This document shows positions 37,120-45,792 of a DNA stretch of 64,000 bases, piece after piece. Source of the DNA: Spirochaetia bacterium (GTDB taxonomy: Bacteria > Spirochaetota > Spirochaetia > UBA9216); assembly GCA_965140585.1 (NCBI GenBank), contig OZ223265.1, positions 320,001-384,000 of the forward strand, in the 5' to 3' direction. Below the pieces are notes generated by a model, which did no database searches, was not told the DNA's origin, and saw nothing but the letters and a program-made list of their open reading frames with translations. Made by a program: the position numbers and the translations under genes. The stretch's first letter is position 1. Each line of letters starts with the position of its first letter.

Positions 37120-38708
37120 AGTTCGGACTCCGGAAAATATCGGTAAAGCTGCTGGCTTTCAACATTCTGCTGCTTTCTCTGCCTATGGCAAGCATACTTT
37201 ATCTGGACACATACGAGAGCCAGCTGCTGAAAGCCCAGGAAAACTCGATGATACAGCAGGGACGAATGCTGAGCGCTGCACTGAACGCCTCGGAGAACCT
37301 GAAGGAGGATTCAGAGCGGATAATAGGAGATCTCAGGCAGCGGGTTGATTCAAGAATAAGAATAGTTGATGCGCAGGGGAGGCTTCTTGCAGATTCGGCA
37401 CGTCAACAGGACACGCCTGAGCTGCTCGAAAATGAATGGACAGCCTCAAAACGGGCAGCTTCCGGATCCTATGAAAAATATTCTGAAGAAATCACCGCAG
37501 CGCAGGATACTCTGCTTTACAGAATCTCTGTCTATCCGCTGAATACAATTGAAAAACTGATATTTCCGCCCTCTCCCGACATGGGCAGCGGTGAATACTA
37601 CAGCGGAAAAACAATACTCGACGGCGCCGAAATCAAAGCGGCGCTAAGCGGCCGGTACGGAGCAGCAACCAGACTTTCCACCGGCGGCCAGCGTTCAATA
37701 AACCTCTACTCGGCGCTTCCGGTTTACTCCGATGAACAGCAGTTCGAGGTCTGCGGGGCGGTTCTGGTTTCGCGGTCAACCTACCAGATTCTCAGCTACC
37801 TTTATGAACTACGTCTTGATATTATCCGGATATTCCTGCTTTTTCTTGCAATTTCGGTACTGCTTTCAATTATTCTTGCCCGCAGCATAACAATTCCGGT
37901 AGTGAAATTGAAAAACGAAGCCGGAACAATCCTTGACAGTTCAGGTAACTTTAGAAACCATTTCACCGGATTTAGACGGGGTGATGAAATAGGCGAACTT
38001 TCACGCTCACTTACAAAACTCAGCGGTGATCTGGAAAACAAGATGGAGTTCATAGACAGATTTACTTCTGACATGCTGCACGAACTTAAAAACCCGCTCT
38101 CTACAATAAAAGCCTCTGCCGAAATTGCCTCTAAAAAAGCTGCAAAGCTGTCCGAAGACCCGGACCTCTCGATCCTGCTGAACCAGATTCTTGATGAAGA
38201 GAAACGGATGGAGAGACAGCTTGGTGAACTTCGTGAAATCAGCAGCCTTGAAAATATGTTTGAAACTGAAAAAAAGGAAGAGGTTAATCTTTGTGTGGTT
38301 CTTCCAGTTATCCTATCAAGATACAGCCGGATAAAATTCACCGACCTGACAGGCAAAGAATGCGACATCAGAATAAACATAGACCGCCTTGTTCAGGCAG
38401 TGACGAATCCTGTTGATAACGCCGTCTCATTCAGTCCGGGAGGGGCTGATGTAGAAGTAATGCTCTGTGACGATGAGAACACATGCAGGATTGAAATATC
38501 AGATGCCGGGCCTGGAGTTCCGGCAGGCACAGAACAGGAAGTGTTCAGACGGTTCTATTCAGACCGGGGTGATGAAGATCGGAAAAATCATTCCGGCCTG
38601 GGATTATCCATTGTGCAGGCGATTACCGACTACTACGGCGGGAGCTGCAGCATAGAAAACCGTAAGCCGGGAGGCTGCCGCTTTGTCCTCTGCTTTCCGA
38701 AGGCCTGA
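37116..38708 (+). CDS. Sensor histidine kinase, ChvG/CreC-like
   Basis: Two TM helices, HAMP (GDEIGELSRS), HELKNPL H-box, DNAVSFSP, DAGPG, HSGLGLSI; ATGA overlap with the regulator. Confidence 0.92.
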   Translation: MKFGLRKISVKLLAFNILLLSLPMASILYLDTYESQLLKAQENSMIQQGRMLSAALNASENLKEDSERIIGDLRQRVDSRIRIVDAQGRLLADSARQQDTPELLENEWTASKRAASGSYEKYSEEITAAQDTLLYRISVYPLNTIEKLIFPPSPDMGSGEYYSGKTILDGAEIKAALSGRYGAATRLSTGGQRSINLYSALPVYSDEQQFEVCGAVLVSRSTYQILSYLYELRLDIIRIFLLFLAISVLLSIILARSITIPVVKLKNEAGTILDSSGNFRNHFTGFRRGDEIGELSRSLTKLSGDLENKMEFIDRFTSDMLHELKNPLSTIKASAEIASKKAAKLSEDPDLSILLNQILDEEKRMERQLGELREISSLENMFETEKKEEVNLCVVLPVILSRYSRIKFTDLTGKECDIRINIDRLVQAVTNPVDNAVSFSPGGADVEVMLCDDENTCRIEISDAGPGVPAGTEQEVFRRFYSDRGDEDRKNHSGLGLSIVQAITDYYGGSCSIENRKPGGCRFVLCFPKA

Positions 38709-38755
38709 ACAAAGCAGCAGAAGTCTGCAGAAAAGACAGAACCGGATCACTGTGT

Positions 38756-39343
38756 TTAAACAGCTTTTTTAACTATCTCATTGATAAAGTATTCATGCAC
38801 ACCGGAATATCCGGCAAGCTCGGGATGAAAACTGGAAGCAAGGATATTGCCCTGATGCAACATTACGGGGCTGTCACGCCATGATGATAGAACTTCCACA
38901 TCCTCTCTAAAACTGACAACTTTAGGCGCCCTGATAAAAATACCGACAAAATAGCCGCCTTCCATCGGGCCGGACTCCCACTTAAGCGGAGCCTCAAAGC
39001 TGTCGGCCTGGGATCCGTAGGCATTGCGTTCAACCTCAATATCCATCACATCAAGCGTCTTTACGGTTTTTCCCCCGGAGGCTGATTTCGACAGCATGAT
39101 CATTCCGGCACAGGTACCGAATACCGGAAATCCGTCAGCAATCTTTTCTTTAAGCGGTTCAAACATGCCGTTACGTACAAGCAGATCAGCAATCACAGAG
39201 CTCTCACCGCCGGGAATAACAAGAGCATCCGCCGCGGCCAGCTCCCTTTGAGTCCGAACCTCGGATACTTCAGTACCCATTTTTTCAAGAATGCCCAGGT
39301 GGGCGGAAAATCCGCCCTGCAGAGCAAGCACACCTATTGTCAT
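38756..39343 (-). CDS. pdxT: PLP synthase glutaminase subunit
   Basis: GVLALQG, PGGESS, GTCAGMI, RNAYGSQ, FIRAP, FHPEL. Confidence 0.95.
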   Translation of the reverse strand: MTIGVLALQGGFSAHLGILEKMGTEVSEVRTQRELAAADALVIPGGESSVIADLLVRNGMFEPLKEKIADGFPVFGTCAGMIMLSKSASGGKTVKTLDVMDIEVERNAYGSQADSFEAPLKWESGPMEGGYFVGIFIRAPKVVSFREDVEVLSSWRDSPVMLHQGNILASSFHPELAGYSGVHEYFINEIVKKAV

Positions 39344-39344
39344 T

Positions 39345-40235
39345 TCACCATCCTCTGACAGCTATACGCTGTTCCGGAAGCAGTTCATCCATATTTATTC
39401 CAGTCATCGGCGCGCCAAGATTTCTAGACACGGAAACAAGCCTCTCCGCATCTTCATAGTGACTCACCGCTTCAACTATTGCTGATGCTCTTTTAGCCGG
39501 ATCGGATGATTTAAAAATACCTGAACCGACAAACACAGACTCCGCGCCCAGATACATCATTAAAGCGGCATCGGCAGGAGTTGCCACACCGCCAGCTGAA
39601 AAGTTCGGCACCGGAAGCCGCCCCGCCTCCGCCGTCAGGATAACAAGCTCTGCCGGAGCCCCTAGCTCCTTTGCTTTTGATACAAGGGTTTCCCGAGGCA
39701 GAGAAGCGAGCTGAGCAATATCCTCTTTCAGAGTGCGCATGTGACGTACTGCCTCTACGATATCTCCGGTACCCGCCTCACCCTTGGTCCTGATTAAAGC
39801 CGCGCCCTCAGCCATACGTCTTAGAGCTTCTCCAAGGTTACGGCAGCCGCAGACGAAGGGAACGCTAAAATCATGTTTGTAGACATGGTAGCGATCATCA
39901 GCCGGGGTAAGGACCTCCGATTCATCGATAAAGTCTATTTTCATAGCCTCAAGCATCCTCGCTTCCATCACGTGACCGATTCTGCATTTTGCCATGACAG
40001 GAATGGATACAGCTTCCTGAATCCGCTGTATCAAATCAGGATCGCTCATTCTGACAACTCCGCCCGAGGCACGTATATCAGCCGGAACACGCTCCAGGGC
40101 CATAACCGCCGAAGCTCCTGCGTCTTCGGCAATTTTAGCATGTTCTTCGGTGACTACATCCATAATCACGCCGCCCTTGAGCATCTCGGCAAGACCGACC
40201 TTAAGTTTCCATGTCGCATTTTGTTTTTCTTTCAT
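39345..40235 (-). CDS. pdxS: PLP synthase lyase subunit
   Basis: [47 protein letters not shown]. Confidence 0.97.
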   Translation of the reverse strand: MKEKQNATWKLKVGLAEMLKGGVIMDVVTEEHAKIAEDAGASAVMALERVPADIRASGGVVRMSDPDLIQRIQEAVSIPVMAKCRIGHVMEARMLEAMKIDFIDESEVLTPADDRYHVYKHDFSVPFVCGCRNLGEALRRMAEGAALIRTKGEAGTGDIVEAVRHMRTLKEDIAQLASLPRETLVSKAKELGAPAELVILTAEAGRLPVPNFSAGGVATPADAALMMYLGAESVFVGSGIFKSSDPAKRASAIVEAVSHYEDAERLVSVSRNLGAPMTGINMDELLPEQRIAVRGW

Positions 40236-40253
40236 CTAATCCTCCGATGAAGA

Positions 40254-41027
40254 TCAGTTCAGATTATACAGATGAATCTGTTCGAGTCCGAGGAGGACAA
40301 GTTCGGGAACATTTTTGTCGAATAGGCCGAAGCCTGAATAGAGATCAGCATACATCCCGGTAGAGATAATCCTGCAGCCTTCGGAAGAAAAACACTCATC
40401 CTCCATACGGCCGGTAAGTTCCTTCAGCATTCCAAGGGTACCGTAATACAGTCCGCTCTGAATTCCGCCGGACACATCCCGGGCACAGACCTTTTCAACA
40501 GGCTGTATTTCAACCACCGGCAAGCCCGCAGTCCTTGTAGACAGGGCTTCCATAGCAACGGCAAGCCCGGGAATCAGGGTACCGCCGAGGTATTCGCCTG
40601 CCGAACTGACCGCGCAGAGGCTTGTAGCCGTACCGAAGTCAACGATAATCAGGTTTTCATCCGGATACAGTTTGGAAGCCGCCACAGCGTTTGCAATAAG
40701 ATCAGCCCCAAGCTCACGGGGATTTGAATACCTCAGCTTAAGCCCGCTTTTCACGCCGGCCTTCAGGCTAAGGGCCTGAATACCGAAATATTTCCTGATG
40801 CAGCCGTTCATAACCGCATTGAGCTCCGGCACAACCGAGCAGAAGACTGCATCGTCAACGTCATCCCGGCTTTTCCCGTTTGCAGCCAGCCAGCTCAGAA
40901 AAAAGAGTCCAAGCTCATCCTCCGTCAAGGCAGAAGCCGTACTCTTTCTGAAATCGGCTAGAAGCCTTCCTTCCTTCAGGAGTCCGCCGAAGATTACAGT
41001 GCTGCCGATATCAACCGCAAGAACCAT
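40254..41027 (-). CDS. coaX: Type III pantothenate kinase homolog with divergent substrate motifs
   Basis: AVDIGST, CSVVP, NPRELGADL, VDFGTATS, GGTLIPG, IQSG, LVLLGL. Start MVLAV at 41027. Confidence 0.8.
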   Translation of the reverse strand: MVLAVDIGSTVIFGGLLKEGRLLADFRKSTASALTEDELGLFFLSWLAANGKSRDDVDDAVFCSVVPELNAVMNGCIRKYFGIQALSLKAGVKSGLKLRYSNPRELGADLIANAVAASKLYPDENLIIVDFGTATSLCAVSSAGEYLGGTLIPGLAVAMEALSTRTAGLPVVEIQPVEKVCARDVSGGIQSGLYYGTLGMLKELTGRMEDECFSSEGCRIISTGMYADLYSGFGLFDKNVPELVLLGLEQIHLYNLN

Positions 41028-41192
41028 AACCCTTCCCTTCTTCAATATTCTTTATGTGTAAATTTAAAATTTGCTGATTACTGAATTTGTTCATTAGTAC
41101 CTGTCCTCCCCAGATCAAGTCTGAACCAATTAATAAGATATGATTTAAATTCTGCACATCATGGCCGCTGAACCAGTCGACCTGATTATCTC

Positions 41193-41221
41193 AATTTAAT
41201 TACTCCCGCTTGTATAGTCAA
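41193..41221 (-). promoter_or_regulatory. sigma70 promoter for coaX-pdxS-pdxT
   Basis: TTGACT-N17-TAAATT on the minus strand. Confidence 0.6.
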
Positions 41222-41238
41222 GAAGAGACGGCTATTTA

Positions 41239-41267
41239 TTGCCGGGATTGTTTTTCTGGTATATATT
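41239..41267 (+). promoter_or_regulatory. Putative sigma70 promoter of the RiPP-like operon
   Basis: TTGCCG-N17-TATATT, 9 nt before ATG 41277. Confidence 0.45.
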
Positions 41268-41276
41268 TGGAAACAT

Positions 41277-41489
41277 ATGAAAAAAATTACAGCCGTATTA
41301 CTAATGTTAATGCTAATAATCGGTTTTTCCCTTTCCGCCTGTAATCCCGATCCCGGGGCAGGTACCGACACGACCGATACCGACACGGAACAGGATTATC
41401 CGGATACTGATACTGACAGCGATACTGCAGCATCAGATTCAGATACTTCAGAACCTGACGACACTTCCGGAGCGTCTACCTCAGGCTGA
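41277..41489 (+). CDS. Small Asp/Thr/Ser-rich lipoprotein-like peptide; candidate precursor or substrate of the downstream modification enzymes
   Basis: Signal MKKITAVLLMLMLIIGFSLSA|C (lipobox). The 49-aa mature part has 13 Asp, 11 Thr, 7 Ser and no Lys or Arg. Confidence 0.75.
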   Translation: MKKITAVLLMLMLIIGFSLSACNPDPGAGTDTTDTDTEQDYPDTDTDSDTAASDSDTSEPDDTSGASTSG

Positions 41490-41541
41490 CATGCGTGGGG
41501 GCCTTATTACAGAAAACAGCAGTTTTTCATAAAACAAAAAT

Positions 41542-42711
41542 ATGATAAAGTCTTTTTGTAAAATGAAATTAAGCACAAGACTATCAGAGGAAGAGAATTT
41601 CATACTCAGTTTCTTTACGGATCGAAAAGACCGGACTGCAGAAGCCGGGATAAACACCGCCGATCTTGACTGGAATTTCATTTTTAAACTTCTTCAAACT
41701 CATAAACTGCTGAGAAGTTTCGCACATCTTATATTGGATGAGTCGGAAAGCAGACTTTCTGAAAGGACAATATCTGCATTGCAGCGGATTGATAAACTTG
41801 CCGCTGTAGAAAAAAAGATATATTTTGAAAAACTTGAACTTATAAAATCACTTCTTGAAAAAGCCGGTATCGAGCTCTGCCTCTTAAAGGGATTCAGCCT
41901 TGGCAGCGCCGAAGCCCCGCGGGATGTGAACGACCTGGATCTCCTGATAAAGGAGAAGGATATAGCGGAAGTACACCGGATTATGCTTGAAAACGGATTC
42001 ACCTACAAGGGTGATGACAGAAAGCTTTATCTGAAAAGCGAAGATCTGGACGGTAATATAGACTCCCTTAAAAACTGGACTAATCAGTTTGAATACCTCG
42101 CGAAAAAAGATGATCTGCTCACTGAAATTCACACCCACCCATTTGAAAGGAGCCGGGTTTACAGTTTCAACCTTGATAAACTATGGCTGCACAGCGACCT
42201 TCTTCTCGAACGGGCGGTTTATTCCAAAGATTTAGACTGCAGAATACTAACACCATCAGACAACCTCTGGCTTATCTGTATGCATAACGCTTTCAGGCGC
42301 TCGGTTGTAAAATATAAGTTTACACTACGGTACATTCTTGATATGAAATACCTGTGTTCACAGCCCGTTTTTGACTGGAAAGACTTTCTTGCGACTGCAG
42401 AAATCACCGACACTGTAGGTTTTTCGCTATTTTCACTGGAAATGCTTGAATACTTTTTTTCAGGAACAGTACCGGAAACAGTCATCATTACCCTTAAAAC
42501 AAGGCTTCGAAAAAGCGAACGTTTTTTCAGACTCATCCAGCATGGCTGCCTTCACTCAATGACCGAATCAAAGCGGACATTCACAGTCCTTTATAGCATA
42601 CTGCTGCCCTTCGTATACGGGGGACAGTTAAAAAACAAGGTGAAAAGCATCTTCATCATACATCGGATCTTTAAACCGCCGGTAAAACGCTTTTTCAGAG
42701 GCTCAGTCTGA
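41542..42711 (+). CDS. Nucleotidyltransferase family protein (NTP_transf_5-like)
   Basis: LLKG, PRDVNDLDLLI (DxD), EIH, H...LRYILDM...DW pattern. Start may be 41563. Confidence 0.85.
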   Translation: MIKSFCKMKLSTRLSEEENFILSFFTDRKDRTAEAGINTADLDWNFIFKLLQTHKLLRSFAHLILDESESRLSERTISALQRIDKLAAVEKKIYFEKLELIKSLLEKAGIELCLLKGFSLGSAEAPRDVNDLDLLIKEKDIAEVHRIMLENGFTYKGDDRKLYLKSEDLDGNIDSLKNWTNQFEYLAKKDDLLTEIHTHPFERSRVYSFNLDKLWLHSDLLLERAVYSKDLDCRILTPSDNLWLICMHNAFRRSVVKYKFTLRYILDMKYLCSQPVFDWKDFLATAEITDTVGFSLFSLEMLEYFFSGTVPETVIITLKTRLRKSERFFRLIQHGCLHSMTESKRTFTVLYSILLPFVYGGQLKNKVKSIFIIHRIFKPPVKRFFRGSV

Positions 42712-43166
42712 TGGCGGGAGCTGTTAATATTCTCTCCATGAAACCCGGCGACAGGGCGTGGGTCCCGGTACTTTCGGGAAGCATGGCGCCCGGATTTCTG
42801 CCCGGAGATGAAGTTGAGATTCTTATTCTTGACCGGATAGAGGCAGAATCTGAACTCAAGCCCGGTATGATTGCAGTATTTTATGAAAACGGCATTATTT
42901 ACTTTCATCGTATACTTTTTATAAATATATTTTCAGGAAGAATCTATCAGAAGGGCGACGGCAATCCCGAAGGCTCATGGATTTCAGCAGGCCGGATTAT
43001 AGGAAAAGTAACATCCGGCAGACGAAGCAGTCAGGACGGGAGTCTGGAATATGATGATGGAAGATGGACAACAGGGCAGGCCAGGCGACAGTTTATAAAA
43101 ACACAAATCATGGCCGTACTGCGATATGCTAAAGCTGTATCGAAAAGGATAATAAAGGGTGTTTAA
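42711..43166 (+). CDS. S24/S26 family peptidase (Ser-His type, no TM anchor)
   Basis: SGSMAPGFLPGD, FHRI, KGDGN, IIGKV; TGATG coupling to the upstream gene. Confidence 0.85.
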   Translation: MAGAVNILSMKPGDRAWVPVLSGSMAPGFLPGDEVEILILDRIEAESELKPGMIAVFYENGIIYFHRILFINIFSGRIYQKGDGNPEGSWISAGRIIGKVTSGRRSSQDGSLEYDDGRWTTGQARRQFIKTQIMAVLRYAKAVSKRIIKGV

Positions 43167-44001
43167 ATTCATGCTTGAGGCAGGCGAAAAAACAGTCTGC
43201 CTTGATTTCAGAAAAAGATGGCTCAGGGATAACATGCTTGAGTACTTCATGGGACAAAACAGCAGCAGCCTTCTCGATGTGCGGCTGAAAATAAGGCTGA
43301 TGGATCGGAATACTGAAATTGATCTTGTTCCCGATTCTCTTTTTCATGCAAAACGCCGGAATGGTGACGGATTCACCATCGAGGGCGGCATGATGTCGGG
43401 AATGTACGAGGCCGAAAGAAAAACAGCGGAACTTCTGATTCATCCTTTACTTGTTGAAACTTCCGCATCAAGAGTGTTTGAGCAGATTATCTATCAGGCT
43501 TATGTAACCGCCTGTGATGAATCATACGGCTTGATGCCGCTTGTGCATTCCAGCGGAGTTATAAAGGACGGCAGGGGATACCTGTTTGTAGGAGCCTCTG
43601 AAGCCGGCAAATCAACCGCCGCGGCGCTTTCTTCCGGTTATAAAATTATAAATGATGAAATATGCATCGCCGACATATCCAAAGAAGTCCCTAAGCTTGT
43701 TTCGACCCCCTTCAACGGGCTGTACAGAATCAAGCAGTCCGGGCGCGCCCCGCTTGCAGGTATTTTCATACTGAAAAAAGCGGACGAACACAGTGTTGCT
43801 CCGGTAAGCGGCGCGGCAGCGGTCAAACTAATCGCATCTCAGCTGATTCCGCCGGTGGGCCTGGGAGATATCATGCAGAGCGAGGATTACCTTAAACAGA
43901 TTGATATTGCCTCTGAATTATGCAGTAGAGTTCCGGTATACGAGCTGAGCTTCAGAAAAGACCCCGGGTTCTGGAAAGAGATTGAGCAGATTTCAGACTG
44001 A
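43159..44001 (+). CDS. HPr-kinase-like (HprK-related) peptide kinase
   Basis: VHSSGV, Walker A GASEAGKST, IINDE, STPFNG, PLAGIFIL. GTG start overlaps the peptidase stop. Confidence 0.82.
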   Translation: MFKFMLEAGEKTVCLDFRKRWLRDNMLEYFMGQNSSSLLDVRLKIRLMDRNTEIDLVPDSLFHAKRRNGDGFTIEGGMMSGMYEAERKTAELLIHPLLVETSASRVFEQIIYQAYVTACDESYGLMPLVHSSGVIKDGRGYLFVGASEAGKSTAAALSSGYKIINDEICIADISKEVPKLVSTPFNGLYRIKQSGRAPLAGIFILKKADEHSVAPVSGAAAVKLIASQLIPPVGLGDIMQSEDYLKQIDIASELCSRVPVYELSFRKDPGFWKEIEQISD

Positions 44002-44022
44002 GCCGAAAACAGGAGATTTTAA

Positions 44023-44304
44023 ATGAATACAGAGAATAAACTTCCCCTAACCGTAACTATAGCCTCCAACCTGAGCGAAAGAGATCTCGGTGATGAAATA
44101 GTGGTTGTGATATCAGGCAGTGATGAAATTCACACATTCAGGGAAACCGGTATGGAAATATGGAAGATGCTGGCAAAAGGCCTGAATACCGGAGATATTA
44201 TTTCCGCTATGATGAAAGATTACGGTGTTGAAGAAGAAGAGCTTGAGACCGATCTCAAGCTCTTTCTTGAAGACTGCAGATCGAAGAAACTGATAAATTA
44301 TTAA
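44023..44304 (+). CDS. PqqD-family RiPP recognition element (stand-alone RRE)
   Basis: 93 aa: RDLGDEIVVV...FRETGMEIWKML...YGVEEEELETDLKLFLEDCRSKKLI; AGGAG SD. Confidence 0.88.
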   Translation: MNTENKLPLTVTIASNLSERDLGDEIVVVISGSDEIHTFRETGMEIWKMLAKGLNTGDIISAMMKDYGVEEEELETDLKLFLEDCRSKKLINY

Positions 44305-44394
44305 ACAGATATAACCGCACCCCATACAGCTGATTTAAATACAGTCGTATTGAGTGCTGCAAAATCGGGTACAGCCGCAGAATACATCCAGCAG

Positions 44395-44712
44395 CTACTC
44401 CAGATAAAAAACTTCCTTAAGCGGAATGCTTACAGGTGAATTGTCCGGATTTGTATCCATAATATCGGCCATATATTCCCACCATCGGTGAACCACAGGA
44501 TTTGCACCCAGGTCCTGACTGCCGCCTTCACCGGAGGATTTCTGAACTGCAAAGAGCGTATTAGTCTCCTCATCCAGGAATATAGAATAATCAGAGACTC
44601 CCGCATCTTTGAGCAGTCCGACCAGTTCCGGCCAGATTGCATCATGCCGGGCCTTATATTCATCTGCCATACCAGGCTTCAGTTTCATCTTAAAGGCAAG
44701 CCTTTCTTTCAA
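44395..44712 (-). CDS. rhaM: L-rhamnose mutarotase
   Basis: AFKMKLKPG, EYKARHDAIWPEL, DYSIFLD, WWEYMADIM, EVFYLE. Confidence 0.95.
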   Translation of the reverse strand: MKERLAFKMKLKPGMADEYKARHDAIWPELVGLLKDAGVSDYSIFLDEETNTLFAVQKSSGEGGSQDLGANPVVHRWWEYMADIMDTNPDNSPVSIPLKEVFYLE

Positions 44713-44751
44713 ATCAGTCCTCCTTGCGCTGACTGGAGAACAGCTGCCGCC

Positions 44752-45792
44752 TTAATCGGCATGCTGCTGTTTAAGCAGTTTCCTTCTGTTCTTTATTGTA
44801 TCAAGAACTCCGGGAAGAAGTACAGCGATAATCAGCAGGAGCCCGGTTGTAATAATCATCACCTTTGCCGAAAGATTCAGCAGTCCCATACCGAACTTCA
44901 GGTAGCCGATAAAAAAGGTTGCCACAATAACACCGAAGATATTGCCCTTTCCTCCGGTTATTGCAACACCGCCCAGAACTACGAGGGCAATTGCCTCCAA
45001 TTCAAAACCAGTGGCAATATTAGGCCTTGTACTGCCTATTCTAGATGTAAGGAGAACAGCAGAAATTCCTGCAAAAAGTCCGTTGAGTGTAAAATTGATA
45101 AATCGAATCCGGTTTACCTTTATACCTGAAAACCTGGCGGCTGAACTTGAATTTCCAATCGCGTACAGCTTTCTGCCGTAGGTAGTTTTATGAAGAATAT
45201 AACCCATTACTGCTGCAAGAATTATAAAGAGCAGCAACTCAAAGGGGACCAGACTGTCGCCTACATAACCCTGTCCGAAGTATGCGAAGGATTCGGGATA
45301 AACAGTATATGCCTTATCTTCAAGTATCGCCTGTGAGATTCCTCTGAAAAGCGAGGATGTTGCAAGGGTTACCGCAATCGCCGGCATTCCGAATCTGGTG
45401 ATAAAAAAGCCGTTGAACGCTCCGGAAAGAGCTCCCACGAGAAGACCTATAACAGTTATAGTTCCGGCACTCATCCCGGCGTCGGCGCCGAAGCCCATCG
45501 CGAAGGAACACAGGGCTATGATGGCTGCAACTGAAATATCAATATCACCGGACATGATTACGAAGATCATTGGAAGCGCCAGAATTGCTTTTTCCATAAA
45601 AGTGAATGTGGCATTCATCAGGTTGAAATAATCGAGAAAATAAGGGGTTATACTGCTGAAGAGGATAACCTCGGCTATAAACATTATGACCAGGATAAAT
45701 TCCCACTGTACTATAAGGTTGCCGAGACGGCTTTTGAGGCTGTTTTCGTTAATTAGTCTTGAGCCGTCTACAAGGCTGTTTCTGTCACTCAT
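44752..45792 (-). CDS. rhaQ: Rhamnose ABC transporter permease
   Basis: RbsC-type permease (GDIDISV, GFELEAIALVVLGGVAITGGKG) in the rha context. Confidence 0.85.
   Translation of the reverse strand: MSDRNSLVDGSRLINENSLKSRLGNLIVQWEFILVIMFIAEVILFSSITPYFLDYFNLMNATFTFMEKAILALPMIFVIMSGDIDISVAAIIALCSFAMGFGADAGMSAGTITVIGLLVGALSGAFNGFFITRFGMPAIAVTLATSSLFRGISQAILEDKAYTVYPESFAYFGQGYVGDSLVPFELLLFIILAAVMGYILHKTTYGRKLYAIGNSSSAARFSGIKVNRIRFINFTLNGLFAGISAVLLTSRIGSTRPNIATGFELEAIALVVLGGVAITGGKGNIFGVIVATFFIGYLKFGMGLLNLSAKVMIITTGLLLIIAVLLPGVLDTIKNRRKLLKQQHAD

Noticed and set aside
41355-41465. GAC/GAT-ACN short repeats as a CRISPR array or VNTR
   Set aside because: Explained by Asp-Thr/Ser codons of the small peptide; no constant repeat-spacer structure.
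41277-44304. Calling the PqqD cluster a lasso peptide, PQQ or SynChlorMet cluster
   Set aside because: No asparagine-synthetase-like cyclase, B2 protease, PqqBCE or radical SAM gene is present, and the peptide lacks lasso leader/core motifs.
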